Assembly: GCA_020638855.1 (NCBI GenBank)
Contig: JACKHT010000002.1
Coordinates: 430,154 to 494,153 of the forward strand
Source of the DNA: Planctomycetota bacterium
GTDB lineage: Bacteria; Planctomycetota; UBA1135; GCA-002686595
Length of the DNA: 64,000 bases
Direction of reading: 5' to 3'
The notes beneath the pieces are model-generated. The model was not told the origin of the DNA. It did no database searches and saw nothing but the letters and a program-made list of their open reading frames with translations. Of the stretch, positions 55,007 through 64,000 are shown one piece after another. The position numbers and the translations under genes were made by a program. How positions within the stretch are numbered: the first letter of the stretch is position 1; the number at the start of each line of letters is the position of its first letter.

Positions 55007-56178
55007 AGGCGTTGCGCTTTTTGGCTTTCAAGCAGCTGGTCCACCATCCCGCGCGGAACGTGCTGGTGATGGGTTGCCTGGCGCTGGTGGTCTTCTTGCC
55101 GCTCTTGGGTGGTGGGCTGCTGCGACGTTACGACCACGACCTGCATCAGCGTGCCAACGCCACGCCCTTGGTGCTGGGCAAACCGGGCAACCGCTTCGAC
55201 CTTTGCCTGGGCGCGCTCTTCTTCCGGCAAACCCATTTGGCGCCGCTCACGATGGGCGATTTGGAACCCTGGTCCGCTCGTCAAGACTTGGTGGCGGTTC
55301 CCATTTCGCTCGGCGCCACGGTGCAAGGGCAACCTTTGGTGGGCACCACGCCCGAATACTTCGAACGGCGCGGCCTGGGCTTCGCGCAGGGACGGCTGCC
55401 GCTGAAGCCCGGGGAGATTGTTCTGGGTGCGCGGGTGGCCAAGAGCTTGGGCGCCGAACTCGGTGCAAGGCTGCGGTCGGATCCGCCCATGGGGTTTGGC
55501 CTGGTAGGCAATGCAACGCAGGTGCTGGTGGTCACGGGGATTTTGCAAACAACCCACGGGCCCGACGACCGCGCGGTGTTCGGAGCGCTGCAAACCTGTT
55601 GGCTCTTGGACGGCTGGCTCCACGGACATGCGGATGCGCAATCGATCGCCCAGGATCATCCCGAGCAGGTGTTGGCCAAGGCCGAGAACGGAGTGCTGCT
55701 TTCGGGTGCTTTGGTACCCGATCAGGACGTAGCTCAAGTCGCCACCGAACGCCTGCATCTGCATGCGGACCCGGCCAGCCTGCCCATCAGTGCGATCCTG
55801 CTTTGGCCCGCTAGCGACAAGGTGCTCACCATCGTGCAGGCCGATACCAACGCGCAAGGGCTGCTCAGTGCTCTCCGCCCAACCCAGGTCGTCGATGATC
55901 TCCTGGCGCTCACCTTGCGCATCAAGAGTTTGATCGACCGTCTGATTTGGTTGCTGGGCCTGGGAATGGCGCTCTTGTTCCTGGTGGTGTGTGTGCTTTC
56001 GGCCCAGCTACGGGCCGGGGAATTGCGCACGCTGGCTCGCATGGGCGCCCGGCCCGGATTTGCCACGGGCCTATTGGCCACCGAGGCGGCTCTTTTGGGA
56101 CTCGGTGCGATTGCCGTGGCGGCCCTAGCAGCGGCGTTGGCCTTGCGGTTGCTACCGGATTTGGTGCATGTGTTGTAA
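55003..56178 (+). CDS. ABC transporter permease, FtsX/MacB/LolC-like (4 TM plus periplasmic domain), 391 aa
   Basis: The ATG at 55003 overlaps the ATPase stop (ATGA). N-terminal TM, a 200-aa periplasmic domain, then three C-terminal TM helices typical of the FtsX fold. Confidence 0.65.
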   Translation: MKALRFLAFKQLVHHPARNVLVMGCLALVVFLPLLGGGLLRRYDHDLHQRANATPLVLGKPGNRFDLCLGALFFRQTHLAPLTMGDLEPWSARQDLVAVPISLGATVQGQPLVGTTPEYFERRGLGFAQGRLPLKPGEIVLGARVAKSLGAELGARLRSDPPMGFGLVGNATQVLVVTGILQTTHGPDDRAVFGALQTCWLLDGWLHGHADAQSIAQDHPEQVLAKAENGVLLSGALVPDQDVAQVATERLHLHADPASLPISAILLWPASDKVLTIVQADTNAQGLLSALRPTQVVDDLLALTLRIKSLIDRLIWLLGLGMALLFLVVCVLSAQLRAGELRTLARMGARPGFATGLLATEAALLGLGAIAVAALAAALALRLLPDLVHVL

Positions 56179-56220
56179 ACAAGCTTCTGGCAAGGCGCAC
56201 GACGCGTTTAGAATGATCGC

Positions 56221-57144
56221 ATGCGAATAGGTACTCGGATCTTGTTGGCCGTCGCGTTGGCGGTTGCTGGTTGCGGCGACGCGAAGTCCAAACAGGCGGC
56301 CCCGGGCCCGCAGCGGACCGGCCCGATCGTGGCATCCACATGGCCGTTGCAAGGATTGGCCGAGGCCGTCATCGGAAGTGGACCAGCAATCCGCTGCCTG
56401 GTGCCGCCCGGCGAAGACCCGGCCTTTTGGCAGCCCACCGACGCCGACCTGCAGGCCTTAGCCGATGCGTCTTGGATCCTGCTCAACGGCGCCAACTTCG
56501 AGCCCTGGGCAACCACCACCAACCTACCTCCGAGTCGCGTCACCCAAACCAGCGCGCCCTTCCGCTCAGCATGGGTCGAAATCAAGGACGCCAAGGTTCA
56601 CAGCCACGGGACCCAGGGCCCCCACAGCCATACAGGGTTCGATCCACACTTTTGGATGGACCCGTTGCTGGCCCTCGAGCAAGCGCGCACGATCCGCGAC
56701 GGTGCCATCGCCCGCGATTTTGTCGACCCGAGCGGCGCCGCCCAGAATTTTCAAACGCTGGAGACTTCGCTGCGCGCTTTGGACGCCGCTTGGGTCCGCC
56801 TGGCCGCAGTCCTCAAGGACCAGACGGTGCTCGCCAACCATCCCACGTACACGTACCCCGCGCAGCGCTACGGCTTGGTGATTCAAGTGGTCGATGTGGA
56901 CCCGACCTCGCCGCCCACCCCCGAGGCGCTGGCCGAAATCGCTGCCCTTTGCAGCCAAGGGCGCACCCACGCGATGCTCTTCGAGGCTGCCCCCAACCCG
57001 GCGCTCGAACGTTTGCTGCGCGAGAAATGGGGCATCCAATCGATCCTGATCCGCCCCGCCGAGTCCCCCATCGCTGGTGCCGCGAACGCAATGGATATCT
57101 GGCGCAGCGACCTCCAAAAGGCGCTCGACTTGCTCGGCGCCTAA
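56221..57144 (+). CDS. TroA/ZnuA-like (cluster A) metal-binding periplasmic lipoprotein of an ABC transporter
   Basis: Lipobox LAVALAVAGCGD. The cluster A substrate-binding protein signature HTGFDPHFWMDP is present, together with a two-lobe alpha/beta layout. Confidence 0.7.
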   Translation: MRIGTRILLAVALAVAGCGDAKSKQAAPGPQRTGPIVASTWPLQGLAEAVIGSGPAIRCLVPPGEDPAFWQPTDADLQALADASWILLNGANFEPWATTTNLPPSRVTQTSAPFRSAWVEIKDAKVHSHGTQGPHSHTGFDPHFWMDPLLALEQARTIRDGAIARDFVDPSGAAQNFQTLETSLRALDAAWVRLAAVLKDQTVLANHPTYTYPAQRYGLVIQVVDVDPTSPPTPEALAEIAALCSQGRTHAMLFEAAPNPALERLLREKWGIQSILIRPAESPIAGAANAMDIWRSDLQKALDLLGA

Positions 57145-57153
57145 TCCTTTCCC

Positions 57154-57594
57154 ATGCCGATTCCCACCATCTTCGATCGCATCCTCGACGGCGAGATTCC
57201 CTGCCACCGTGTGTACGAGGACGAGCACGTGCTGAGTTTCCTCGACGTCAGCCCGATCAGCCGCGGGCACGCCTTGGTCATCCCTAAGGAGCGCAAGGCG
57301 CACCTGCACGAGCTCAGCGACGAATCGGCCGCTGCCATCGGACGCGTGTTGCCGCGCATTGCGCGGGCGGTCATGGCCGCGACGGGTTGCGAACACTACA
57401 ACGTTCTCCAAAACAACGGCGCACAAGCCCACCAATCGGTCTTCCACGTCCATTTCCACGTCATCCCGCACATCGGTGACCAGGGTTTGGGCGTCGACTG
57501 GAAACCCGGCACCCTCGCCGACGGCGAAGCCCTCGCCCAAGCCATCCGCGCGCACCTCGAACCCAACGGCACCCAGCCCCCCTACACCCTGTGA
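57154..57594 (+). CDS. HIT-family (histidine triad) nucleotide hydrolase
   Basis: HVHFHVIPH histidine triad and N-terminal IPCHRVYEDEHVLSFLD. 146 aa. Confidence 0.85.
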   Translation: MPIPTIFDRILDGEIPCHRVYEDEHVLSFLDVSPISRGHALVIPKERKAHLHELSDESAAAIGRVLPRIARAVMAATGCEHYNVLQNNGAQAHQSVFHVHFHVIPHIGDQGLGVDWKPGTLADGEALAQAIRAHLEPNGTQPPYTL

Positions 57595-58928
57595 ACCAAG
57601 CCCAAAACCTATGGCTGCGCGGCGGCCAAGTCGTCACCCCCAAGGGCCTCGAGAAGGCCGACGTTTGGATCCAAGATGGTCGGGTCGTGGGGGTCGGGAG
57701 CCAGTTGTCCGTCCCCGAAGGCACCCCCGAGCGCGACTGCAGCGGGTTGTGGGTGTTTCCGGGGCTGATCGACCCGCAGGTGCACTTCCGTGAGCCGGGA
57801 CTGACCCACAAGGAAGACCTCGAGAGCGGGTCCCGCGCGGCATTGGCGGGAGGCATTACGGCGTTCATGGAAATGCCCAACACGAACCCGATGACCACCG
57901 ATCCGATCGCGCTGCAGGACAAACTCAGCCGCGCCGAGGACCACTCCGTCGCCGACTACGCGTTCTTCCTGGGCGCCACCACCGACAACGCCGACGTGCT
58001 CGGGGATTGGGAAGCCTTACCCGGCTGTGCGGGGATCAAGGTGTTCATGGGCTCGTCGACCGGCGACCTCTTGGTGCGCGATGACGCCACGCTCGAGCGC
58101 ATCCTGCGCGGCGGCACACGACGCGTGACGGTGCACTCCGAGGACGATTACCGCCTCAAGCAGCGCTACTCGGATTTGGCCCCCAAAGCCCAGGTCACCG
58201 AACACCACCACATCCGCGACATCGAGTGTGCGGTGCTCGCCACGCGCCGCTTGCTCGACCTGGTCGAGCGCACGCACCGCCCGGTGCACATCTTGCACGT
58301 GTCGACCGCCGAAGAATTGGCGTTGGTGCGCGAGCGCGATTTGGGCGAGCTCGTTACGCTCGAAGCGACTCCCAACCACCTCTTCCTGCATGCCCCGGAT
58401 TGCTACGAGCAGTTTGGCAGCTACGCGCAGATGAACCCGCCCGTCCGCGAACGGCGCCACCAAGAGGCCTTGCGCAGGGCCTGCGCCGATGGATTGATCA
58501 CCTGCATCGGCTCGGACCACGCACCGCACACCAAGGAAGAGAAGGCCAAGCCCTATCCCAACAGCCCCTCCGGCATCCCGGGCACGCAAACCATCCTGCC
58601 CTTGCTGCTCACCGCGGTGCGCGATGGCTGGTTGCGGATCGAGGACATCCTGCGGCTGAGCCTCCAGGGTCCCATCCAGGTCTACGGGGTGACCGATCGC
58701 GGGCCGCTCGCTCCCGGAGTGCAGGGCAACGTCACCCTGGTGGACCCCCGTTTCCAGGATCCGCTCCCGCTCGAATGGCTGCAGAGCAAGACCGGCTGGA
58801 GTCCCTTTGCAGGTCGCCCCATGGCGGGGTTGCCGGTCACCACCATCCTGCGCGGCCAGGTGGCCTACGACCAAGGTCACTTCCACCCGACCGCTTGCGA
58901 ACCGATTCGGTTTGCGGCGGGCCACTGA
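57591..58928 (+). CDS. pyrC: Dihydroorotase (cyclic amidohydrolase superfamily)
   Basis: FPGLIDPQVHFREPG carries the HxH metal site, followed by GITAF and the C-terminal DHAPH. 445 aa. GTG start overlapping the HIT gene stop (GTGA). Allantoinase or dihydropyrimidinase cannot be excluded without alignment. Confidence 0.7.
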   Translation: MNQAQNLWLRGGQVVTPKGLEKADVWIQDGRVVGVGSQLSVPEGTPERDCSGLWVFPGLIDPQVHFREPGLTHKEDLESGSRAALAGGITAFMEMPNTNPMTTDPIALQDKLSRAEDHSVADYAFFLGATTDNADVLGDWEALPGCAGIKVFMGSSTGDLLVRDDATLERILRGGTRRVTVHSEDDYRLKQRYSDLAPKAQVTEHHHIRDIECAVLATRRLLDLVERTHRPVHILHVSTAEELALVRERDLGELVTLEATPNHLFLHAPDCYEQFGSYAQMNPPVRERRHQEALRRACADGLITCIGSDHAPHTKEEKAKPYPNSPSGIPGTQTILPLLLTAVRDGWLRIEDILRLSLQGPIQVYGVTDRGPLAPGVQGNVTLVDPRFQDPLPLEWLQSKTGWSPFAGRPMAGLPVTTILRGQVAYDQGHFHPTACEPIRFAAGH

Positions 58929-58941
58929 TCCGCGTGCCCCA

Positions 58942-59541
58942 TCACTTGGGCAGCGAGCGGCCTTCGGGATCTTGAGCGCGCCAACGCTCGGCGGACAAAC
59001 GATACAGGCAATGCGCGCGCAAACGATGCCCGACCGGGAGACTGGGATGCTCGAACGGTAGCGGATCGCGCACCATCGCGAGCCGTTCCATGACGGCTTG
59101 CGATGGGAGGTTGTCGAGCGCGGTGAAGCTCACGACTTCGGGCAGTTCCAAGCGTTCGAACCCAAAGCGCAACGCAGCCCGCGCGGCCTCGGTGGCAAAG
59201 CCCTGGCCCCAGAACTCGACCGCCAACCGCCAACCTACTTCTACGCAGGGTTGGAAAGGTACGCAGGGTTGGAAAGGCAGCAGCGCCTTGGGGATCCCCA
59301 ATCCCGTGAATCCCAAGAAGTGCCCATCGCTCCGCCGTTCTAGCGCCCAAAGCCCCCACCCCCGTTCGCGAATCAGCCCGTCGATGCGATCCACCAAGGC
59401 CTCGCTCTGTGCCCGCGAAAGCGGTTCTGGGAAGTAGCGCATGACCCTTGGGTCCGCATTGAGCGCAGCAAACGGTTCGCGGTCCGCAGCCCGCCAGGGG
59501 CGCAAGACCAAGCGCTGAGTGGAAAGCACGATGGGCTCCAT
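58942..59541 (-). CDS. GNAT-family N-acetyltransferase (RimJ/RimL-like), 199 aa, containing an in-frame 18-bp tandem duplication
   Basis: LVLRPWRAADREPFAALNADPRVMRYF and the acetyl-CoA site VEFWGQGFATEAARAALRFGF. The duplication gives PFQPCVPFQPCV in the protein. The ATG is at 59541. Confidence 0.7.
   Translation of the reverse strand: MEPIVLSTQRLVLRPWRAADREPFAALNADPRVMRYFPEPLSRAQSEALVDRIDGLIRERGWGLWALERRSDGHFLGFTGLGIPKALLPFQPCVPFQPCVEVGWRLAVEFWGQGFATEAARAALRFGFERLELPEVVSFTALDNLPSQAVMERLAMVRDPLPFEHPSLPVGHRLRAHCLYRLSAERWRAQDPEGRSLPK
59243..59278. repeat. Perfect-phase 2 x 18-nt tandem duplication inside the GNAT gene
   Basis: acgcagggttggaaaggt followed by acgcagggttggaaaggc, 17 of 18 positions identical. 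It encodes the duplicated hexapeptide PFQPCV on the minus strand. Confidence 0.8.
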
Positions 59542-59650
59542 CGACGCACGGTACCATGGGGCGCTCCCTGCCCCCACCCCCGTGATTGAGCGCCCGAAAC
59601 GGTCCCATTTCCCCCTCCATCCCAGCCTCCCCATCCCGCAACTTCTCCCC

Positions 59651-59971
59651 ATGCCCGAACCCGTCATCGCCCTCTACCGTCCCCACCCCGGCAAAGAAGA
59701 AGCGCTGCTCAACTTGGTGCGCATGCACCATGGGGTTCTGCTCGACGAAGGTCTAGCAACCGACGAACACCCGCAGGTGCTCAAGAGCCAAAACGGAACC
59801 TTGCTGGAAATCTTCGAATGGAAAGACGCCGAGGCGGTTCAAGCGGCCCACTCCAACCCGGCAGTGTTGGCGCTCTGGGATGCCTTCAGCGCCGTTTGCG
59901 ATTTCGTCCCGCTCTCCAGCTTGCCCGAGGCCGAGCGCCCCTTCCCCCACTTCGAACGGGTCGACGCCTGA
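59651..59971 (+). CDS. ABM-domain (antibiotic biosynthesis monooxygenase / Dabb-like) small protein, 106 aa
   Basis: VIALYRPHPGKEEALLNLVRMHH...LLEIFEWKDAEAVQAAHSNPAV shows a ferredoxin-like beta-alpha-beta-beta pattern typical of ABM proteins. The ATG is at 59651. The upstream extension overlaps the GNAT gene. Confidence 0.5.
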   Translation: MPEPVIALYRPHPGKEEALLNLVRMHHGVLLDEGLATDEHPQVLKSQNGTLLEIFEWKDAEAVQAAHSNPAVLALWDAFSAVCDFVPLSSLPEAERPFPHFERVDA

Positions 59972-60066
59972 ACCCTGGGAAAAAAACATCCTCCGCACCA
60001 CATGCCTGGGCTGTGGTATCCCTCAAGGCCGATCAACGGGCGAGGAAATCCAAGTACCGCAACCTA

Positions 60067-63066
60067 TCACTGGAGTCCGAGTGCTCGGGCGGCTTCGGCA
60101 CGGTACCACAAGTTGTGGCTACTCCCCGCATCGGGCTCGATCGCCAAGTACGTCAAGCCTCGGTCGTACCAAGACCGCGCTTCGACTTTCTCGTCGAGGC
60201 CCGCATGGGCCATGGCCAACGCAAACCACCGGGCCGGATAGGTGCCATCGCCGATTTTGTCGCCTTGCTTGAGGTCGGCAATCGCTTCCGAGTACTCTCC
60301 AAGAAACAAGTGTGCCATGCCGCTCGTTGTCCAGAGGAAGTCTCGGTTCGAATCGATGTCGAGCCCCTTGCGTGCCATTTTGATGCTTTCGAGGAGCAGC
60401 AACCGATTGCCTTCGGGTGTGCCATTGATTGGGATCAACCAATTCTTGCCTTGTCGGTTGGCAGCCATGAGCAGGAACCCCGCATACCTTTGATACGCTT
60501 CTGCGTAGCCGTCGAATTCAAACTCCATTCGCTGGCTCGCTTCGGCGATGGGGGCGGGGTCTGCGGTTGCGCTCGCGACCAGGAGAAACGGCGAGAACAT
60601 CGCGGTTCGGATGAAGTACCCACGACTCGTCCAGGAGTCCAAACCCCGCCGCCCGAACTCCAGTGCCCGTGCGTACTCTCCTTTGCTGGCAGCAATCGAA
60701 CCCAGCACCGTATTGCCCCAGCCCACCGTCCAAGTGCCTTGCCCATCCGCGACACACCGTTCGAACAGCTCGCGCGCCTCGTCCACTCGACCCAGGCGAA
60801 GCAGGTCTTGGCCCTTTCGAAACCAAAAATCGGGGGTACTCGGATCTAGCTTGATCGCATGGTCTTGCTCCAACAGAGCCTCCTCCAGATAACCCAATTT
60901 GCTCAAGTTCCGTGCGAGGTAGTGATAGGCAAGAGCCGAAGAAGGATCGATCGCAACAACCGCCCGAAAATGCTGCAGAGCCTCGCGCATCTCATCATCC
61001 GGAGCGATCTCGTCGGGACCCGGGGTGAGTTCGCTCGCGAGCATGTAATGCAACTGAAAGTCGTCCGCATGCGCTTCGAGCCCCTTCCGGAAGACGGAGA
61101 GCCCGAGGTCTCGGTCGCCTAGCCGAATGAGCGAACTCGCGAGCAACGCGAAGGTGCTGGCCGGCTGGTTCTCAAACCCCCCTTGGGCTAGGTAGCGCAG
61201 CTCGTCCAAATCCCGCACCGCCATGGCTTCGCGCAGGTGGGCACGGTCGGGATCCGGGTCCACGATGTGCGCAATTTCCAACAAACGCAGGGCTCCCTCA
61301 TCATTGCCATCGGTTCGCCGGACATCGCCCCAATGGTCGAGAAGCAAAGCCACCTCGGAGCCGAGCCCCCTAGCATGGAGTTGCGCCGCGGCATCCTCGA
61401 CTTCGCCTTCCGCCAGATCGATTCCGTGGCCAAGGAAGGCATCGTGAAACAGCTGCTCCTTTGCCGTACCACCCTCTTCCGACGTCTGTCGGGTGATCTC
61501 CCGCAGGCTGGCCAGCAAGCGCTGCGTATCCAGCTTGAGCTCTTCCTGCTTGCGAGCATCCTCCAAGCCTATGCGAAGCCGCGTGAGCGTTTCGTTGACC
61601 GAAGCCGTGAGGTCGGTACCTGCACCACCTGCTTCCGCCAGGGCACGGGCCCGCTCGGCGGCCGCGATCGCCTCCTCCCAGCGAGCCTTCCCCTCCAAAA
61701 CCGCGGCCTCGTTCAAGGCCGCGTGAATTTCCAAACCAAGCGAGGCCTCCCGTTCTGCCGCCGCTTGGCGCTGCTCGGACTCTTGGCGTTGGCGCCCCGC
61801 ACGCTCGTTCTGCACCCACAGCCAGCCTCCGCTGCCAATCAGCACGGCGGCGACGACTGCGGCACCCAGCGCCAGGGTCAGGCGCCGCGCGCGACGATCC
61901 TCCTCCGCACGCACCCGGGCCTCCGCCGCTTCCACGTTGGCTTTGTGCGCGCGTTCTTCGTTCGAAACCACGTAATTGTGGATGATTTCCGCCAAGACTC
62001 CAGCATCCGCCGGACGGGCGGCAGGCGCAGCGATCAGACATTGCTTGGCGGCCTTTACCAGCACAGGATCGGCATCGCATTGGTCCAAGCGCTCAAACGC
62101 ATCGTCGAGTTCGGCGTTGGCCGCGGCGCCAATGATTTGATCGAAGTCTCCCACGTAGGGCGGGGAACCCGTGAGGATTTCGCACAGGATGGCGCCTAGG
62201 GCGAACACGTCGGAGCGTTCATCAAGCCGATCCACCTGGCCTCTTGCCTGCTCAGGAGGCATGTAAGCCGGCGTCCCAAGGACCGAGCCGACCAGGGATT
62301 GCGACCCCGCCGCCGTGCCTTCACTGCGGACGGTTTCCAAAATCGTCATGTGCGTTTGCGCATCGCGCGAACGTTTTTCGTCGGCAACCCCACCACGCAC
62401 CAGGACTTTCGCAAGCCCCCAGTCGACCACTTGCACCTCGCCAAAGGCGCCCACCATGATGTTCGCAGGCTTCAGGTCCCGGTGCAGCACGCCGCGCGAG
62501 TGCGCATAGCCCATCGTTTGGCAGACGGACTCGAAGACGTCCAGCAGTTTGCCTCGATTTGCGCTCGGCCCTTCCCGCTGCGTGAGCAGGGCGGCGAGCG
62601 TGCGCCCCTTCACAAGCTTCATGGTGAAGTAGGGACGCTCGTCCTCCATCATCCCGAGCTCATACACCGGGACGATCCCCGGGTGTTGGAGCTGGCCACC
62701 GATCTGCGCCTCCTCGACAAAGCGTTGCACGATGTCCGTACGGCCGCAGAGCTGCTTTGCCAGCACTTTGACCGCGATGTCGCGGCCGAGGTCGGTGTCG
62801 TGCCCCTTAAGGATCACGCCCATGCCCCCACGGGCGATCTCCCCCATGAATTGGTAATTCCCCCGCCCCTGGGGTACCGACAACTTCTCCTTGGAGCTTG
62901 GGTCGATGACGGGCTCCGATACGGCACCCGAGTCCTCGGCGCGCAAGTTGATCCTCGGCGCTTCGCCCGTCTTCGCCTCTAAGAACTTCAGCACCGATTG
63001 TCCCGCATCACCGGCAACTCGCGGAACTGGGTCGCCGCTTTGGGCGTTTTTGTCGGATGATTCCAT
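60067..63066 (-). CDS. Ser/Thr protein kinase with TM segment and extensive C-terminal TPR repeat domain, 999 aa
   Basis: [38 protein letters not shown] and [10 protein letters not shown] motifs. [25 protein letters not shown]. Multiple TPR-like repeats follow. The ATG is at 63066. The 82-codon upstream extension was rejected. Confidence 0.85.
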   Translation of the reverse strand: MESSDKNAQSGDPVPRVAGDAGQSVLKFLEAKTGEAPRINLRAEDSGAVSEPVIDPSSKEKLSVPQGRGNYQFMGEIARGGMGVILKGHDTDLGRDIAVKVLAKQLCGRTDIVQRFVEEAQIGGQLQHPGIVPVYELGMMEDERPYFTMKLVKGRTLAALLTQREGPSANRGKLLDVFESVCQTMGYAHSRGVLHRDLKPANIMVGAFGEVQVVDWGLAKVLVRGGVADEKRSRDAQTHMTILETVRSEGTAAGSQSLVGSVLGTPAYMPPEQARGQVDRLDERSDVFALGAILCEILTGSPPYVGDFDQIIGAAANAELDDAFERLDQCDADPVLVKAAKQCLIAAPAARPADAGVLAEIIHNYVVSNEERAHKANVEAAEARVRAEEDRRARRLTLALGAAVVAAVLIGSGGWLWVQNERAGRQRQESEQRQAAAEREASLGLEIHAALNEAAVLEGKARWEEAIAAAERARALAEAGGAGTDLTASVNETLTRLRIGLEDARKQEELKLDTQRLLASLREITRQTSEEGGTAKEQLFHDAFLGHGIDLAEGEVEDAAAQLHARGLGSEVALLLDHWGDVRRTDGNDEGALRLLEIAHIVDPDPDRAHLREAMAVRDLDELRYLAQGGFENQPASTFALLASSLIRLGDRDLGLSVFRKGLEAHADDFQLHYMLASELTPGPDEIAPDDEMREALQHFRAVVAIDPSSALAYHYLARNLSKLGYLEEALLEQDHAIKLDPSTPDFWFRKGQDLLRLGRVDEARELFERCVADGQGTWTVGWGNTVLGSIAASKGEYARALEFGRRGLDSWTSRGYFIRTAMFSPFLLVASATADPAPIAEASQRMEFEFDGYAEAYQRYAGFLLMAANRQGKNWLIPINGTPEGNRLLLLESIKMARKGLDIDSNRDFLWTTSGMAHLFLGEYSEAIADLKQGDKIGDGTYPARWFALAMAHAGLDEKVEARSWYDRGLTYLAIEPDAGSSHNLWYRAEAARALGLQ

Positions 63067-63290
63067 AGCCTGACCCGCTGAGCGGAAATCGTTGGGAGAA
63101 GTGGTGTCGTGGAGATGGCCAACTGCCGGGCGAATCCTAGGCCTTCGGACGCGAATCGGTGCCCTCGGTAGCCTGGAGGCGCATGCGAAGCTCGCCCCGC
63201 CTTCTGAGCTGCGCCCGTGTTTTTCTGGGAGCCTCGGTTCCGCCCACTTCCAGGCTAGCATAGAATCGGGCCTCACGTCACTCGAGTCCA

Positions 63291-64000
63291 TGCGCGCATT
63301 AGCGGACGCCAATTACGCCATGAGCATCATCGCCATCCTTAGCCTCGCGGTCCTTTCCCCGTGCCCCCCCATCCAGGCTGGACAGCTCGAGCAGGCTTCC
63401 ACGGTCGGCGTCCAAGACGACGACGTGACAAAGGCAATCCGAGCCGCTGGACAAGATGTCGCGAAACTCATCGCGCTTGCGACCAGCTACGAAGAAGCCT
63501 CCAAGCCCGATGAGGCCAAGCGCGTGTACCAGCGCGTGATCGAGATCGACGTAGACAACGAACTCGCACGCAAAGCATTGCGCCACGAGCGCTACGATGG
63601 GCGCTGGTTTGAGAGCTATGTCGAGCTCGCAAGATACAAGCGTGAGGAAGCCAAGCGCATGAAAGCGAAAGGCCTCGTCAGCTTCGAGGACGGATGGGTA
63701 CCCGAAGCCGACCTTCCATTCCTTCGCATGGGTTGGGTGCACGACGACAAGGGAGCCTGGGTGCACCCGGGAGACCTAGCCCAAGCCAAGAAAGTGGCGG
63801 AATGGGAGGCAGCGGGTTACCAGTTCCGACCCGATGATTTCAGCTGGATTGCACCCGAGGATCTCGAAAAGTGGACGGCTCTCCTGTGGAAGTGTGGCGA
63901 CGAGTGGCTGCCCACCGAACAGGCCGATGCCTACCATTCTGACGTCAAACGTCCGTGGGTCTTGGCCGGTGAACACTTCGAGGTATCCACGACTTGCCCT
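63291..64000 (+). CDS. Partial (3'-truncated by the window edge) secreted protein with a TPR-like helical N-domain, lower-GC gene
   Basis: An open frame from ATG 63291 to the window end, absent from the ORF track because no stop falls in the window. It carries the signal peptide [22 protein letters not shown] and reads as real protein ([34 protein letters not shown]). It is preferred over the antisense ORF 63299..63766. The alternative start is ATG 63321. Confidence 0.5.

Noticed and set aside
63299-63766. 155-aa minus-strand ORF listed in the track
   Set aside because: The opposite strand carries a signal peptide and a TPR-like protein sequence with proper codon-position bias. The minus-frame product is a low-complexity antisense artefact.
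1-64000. CRISPR arrays, transposases, restriction-modification, toxin-antitoxin or other known defence or mobile modules
   Set aside because: No spaced direct repeats and no nuclease, helicase, methylase, recombinase or reverse transcriptase motifs were seen in any frame. The only repeats are the 13-nt tRNA-flanking units and the 18-bp duplication in the GNAT gene.

Overview
This is a gene-dense window of about 67-68% GC. About 46 protein-coding genes are supported on both strands, plus one tRNA-Met. Ribosome-binding sites are mostly weak or absent, and at least ten adjacent gene pairs are coupled by 4-nt ATGA, GTGA or TGATG stop/start overlaps. The many TPR-tailed Ser/Thr kinases and the ECF sigma factor convergent with a kinase suggest a Planctomycetota-, Verrucomicrobiota-, Acidobacteriota- or Myxococcota-like chromosome, but I cannot assign taxonomy from sequence alone.

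Content from left to right:
- a lipoprotein plus a 1706-aa AsmA/DUF748-like envelope protein
- an oleB-oleC-oleD olefin (beta-lactone) biosynthesis triad with no oleA
- glnN (type III glutamine synthetase), then tRNA-Met
- an accessory-looking minus-strand block: zf-HC2/FecR anti-sigma factor, metallophosphoesterase, NHL beta-propeller, 833-aa CarboxypepD_reg-repeat protein, esterase lipoprotein
- gltX, add, and an esterase
- a translationally coupled pseudokinase-kinase pair convergent with an ECF sigma factor
- an nfeD-flotillin operon
- a ZnuCB-like ABC pair, queF, and a large polytopic membrane protein
- an AstE/AspA-family hydrolase and a GCS2-CBS fusion
- a secreted Gly-tailed protein plus a JAMM/MPN protein, and an M1-like peptidase
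- a minus-strand run: M28-PDZ peptidase, DUF2911-TPR protein, PIG-L deacetylase fusion, a 38-aa micro-ORF, an SSS symporter, and a double zf-TFIIB protein
- an unusual ABC module pairing a LolD/FtsX-type transporter with a TroA-like binding protein
- HIT protein, pyrC, GNAT, an ABM monooxygenase, a third TPR Ser/Thr kinase, and a partial lower-GC gene at the window edge

I found no CRISPR array, transposase, integrase or obvious defence-system domains. The most interesting candidates are the pseudokinase/kinase/ECF-sigma module, the anti-sigma-led secreted-hydrolase operon, and the hybrid ABC module. All functional assignments rest on motif-level reading of the translated ORFs and need HMM or BLAST confirmation.
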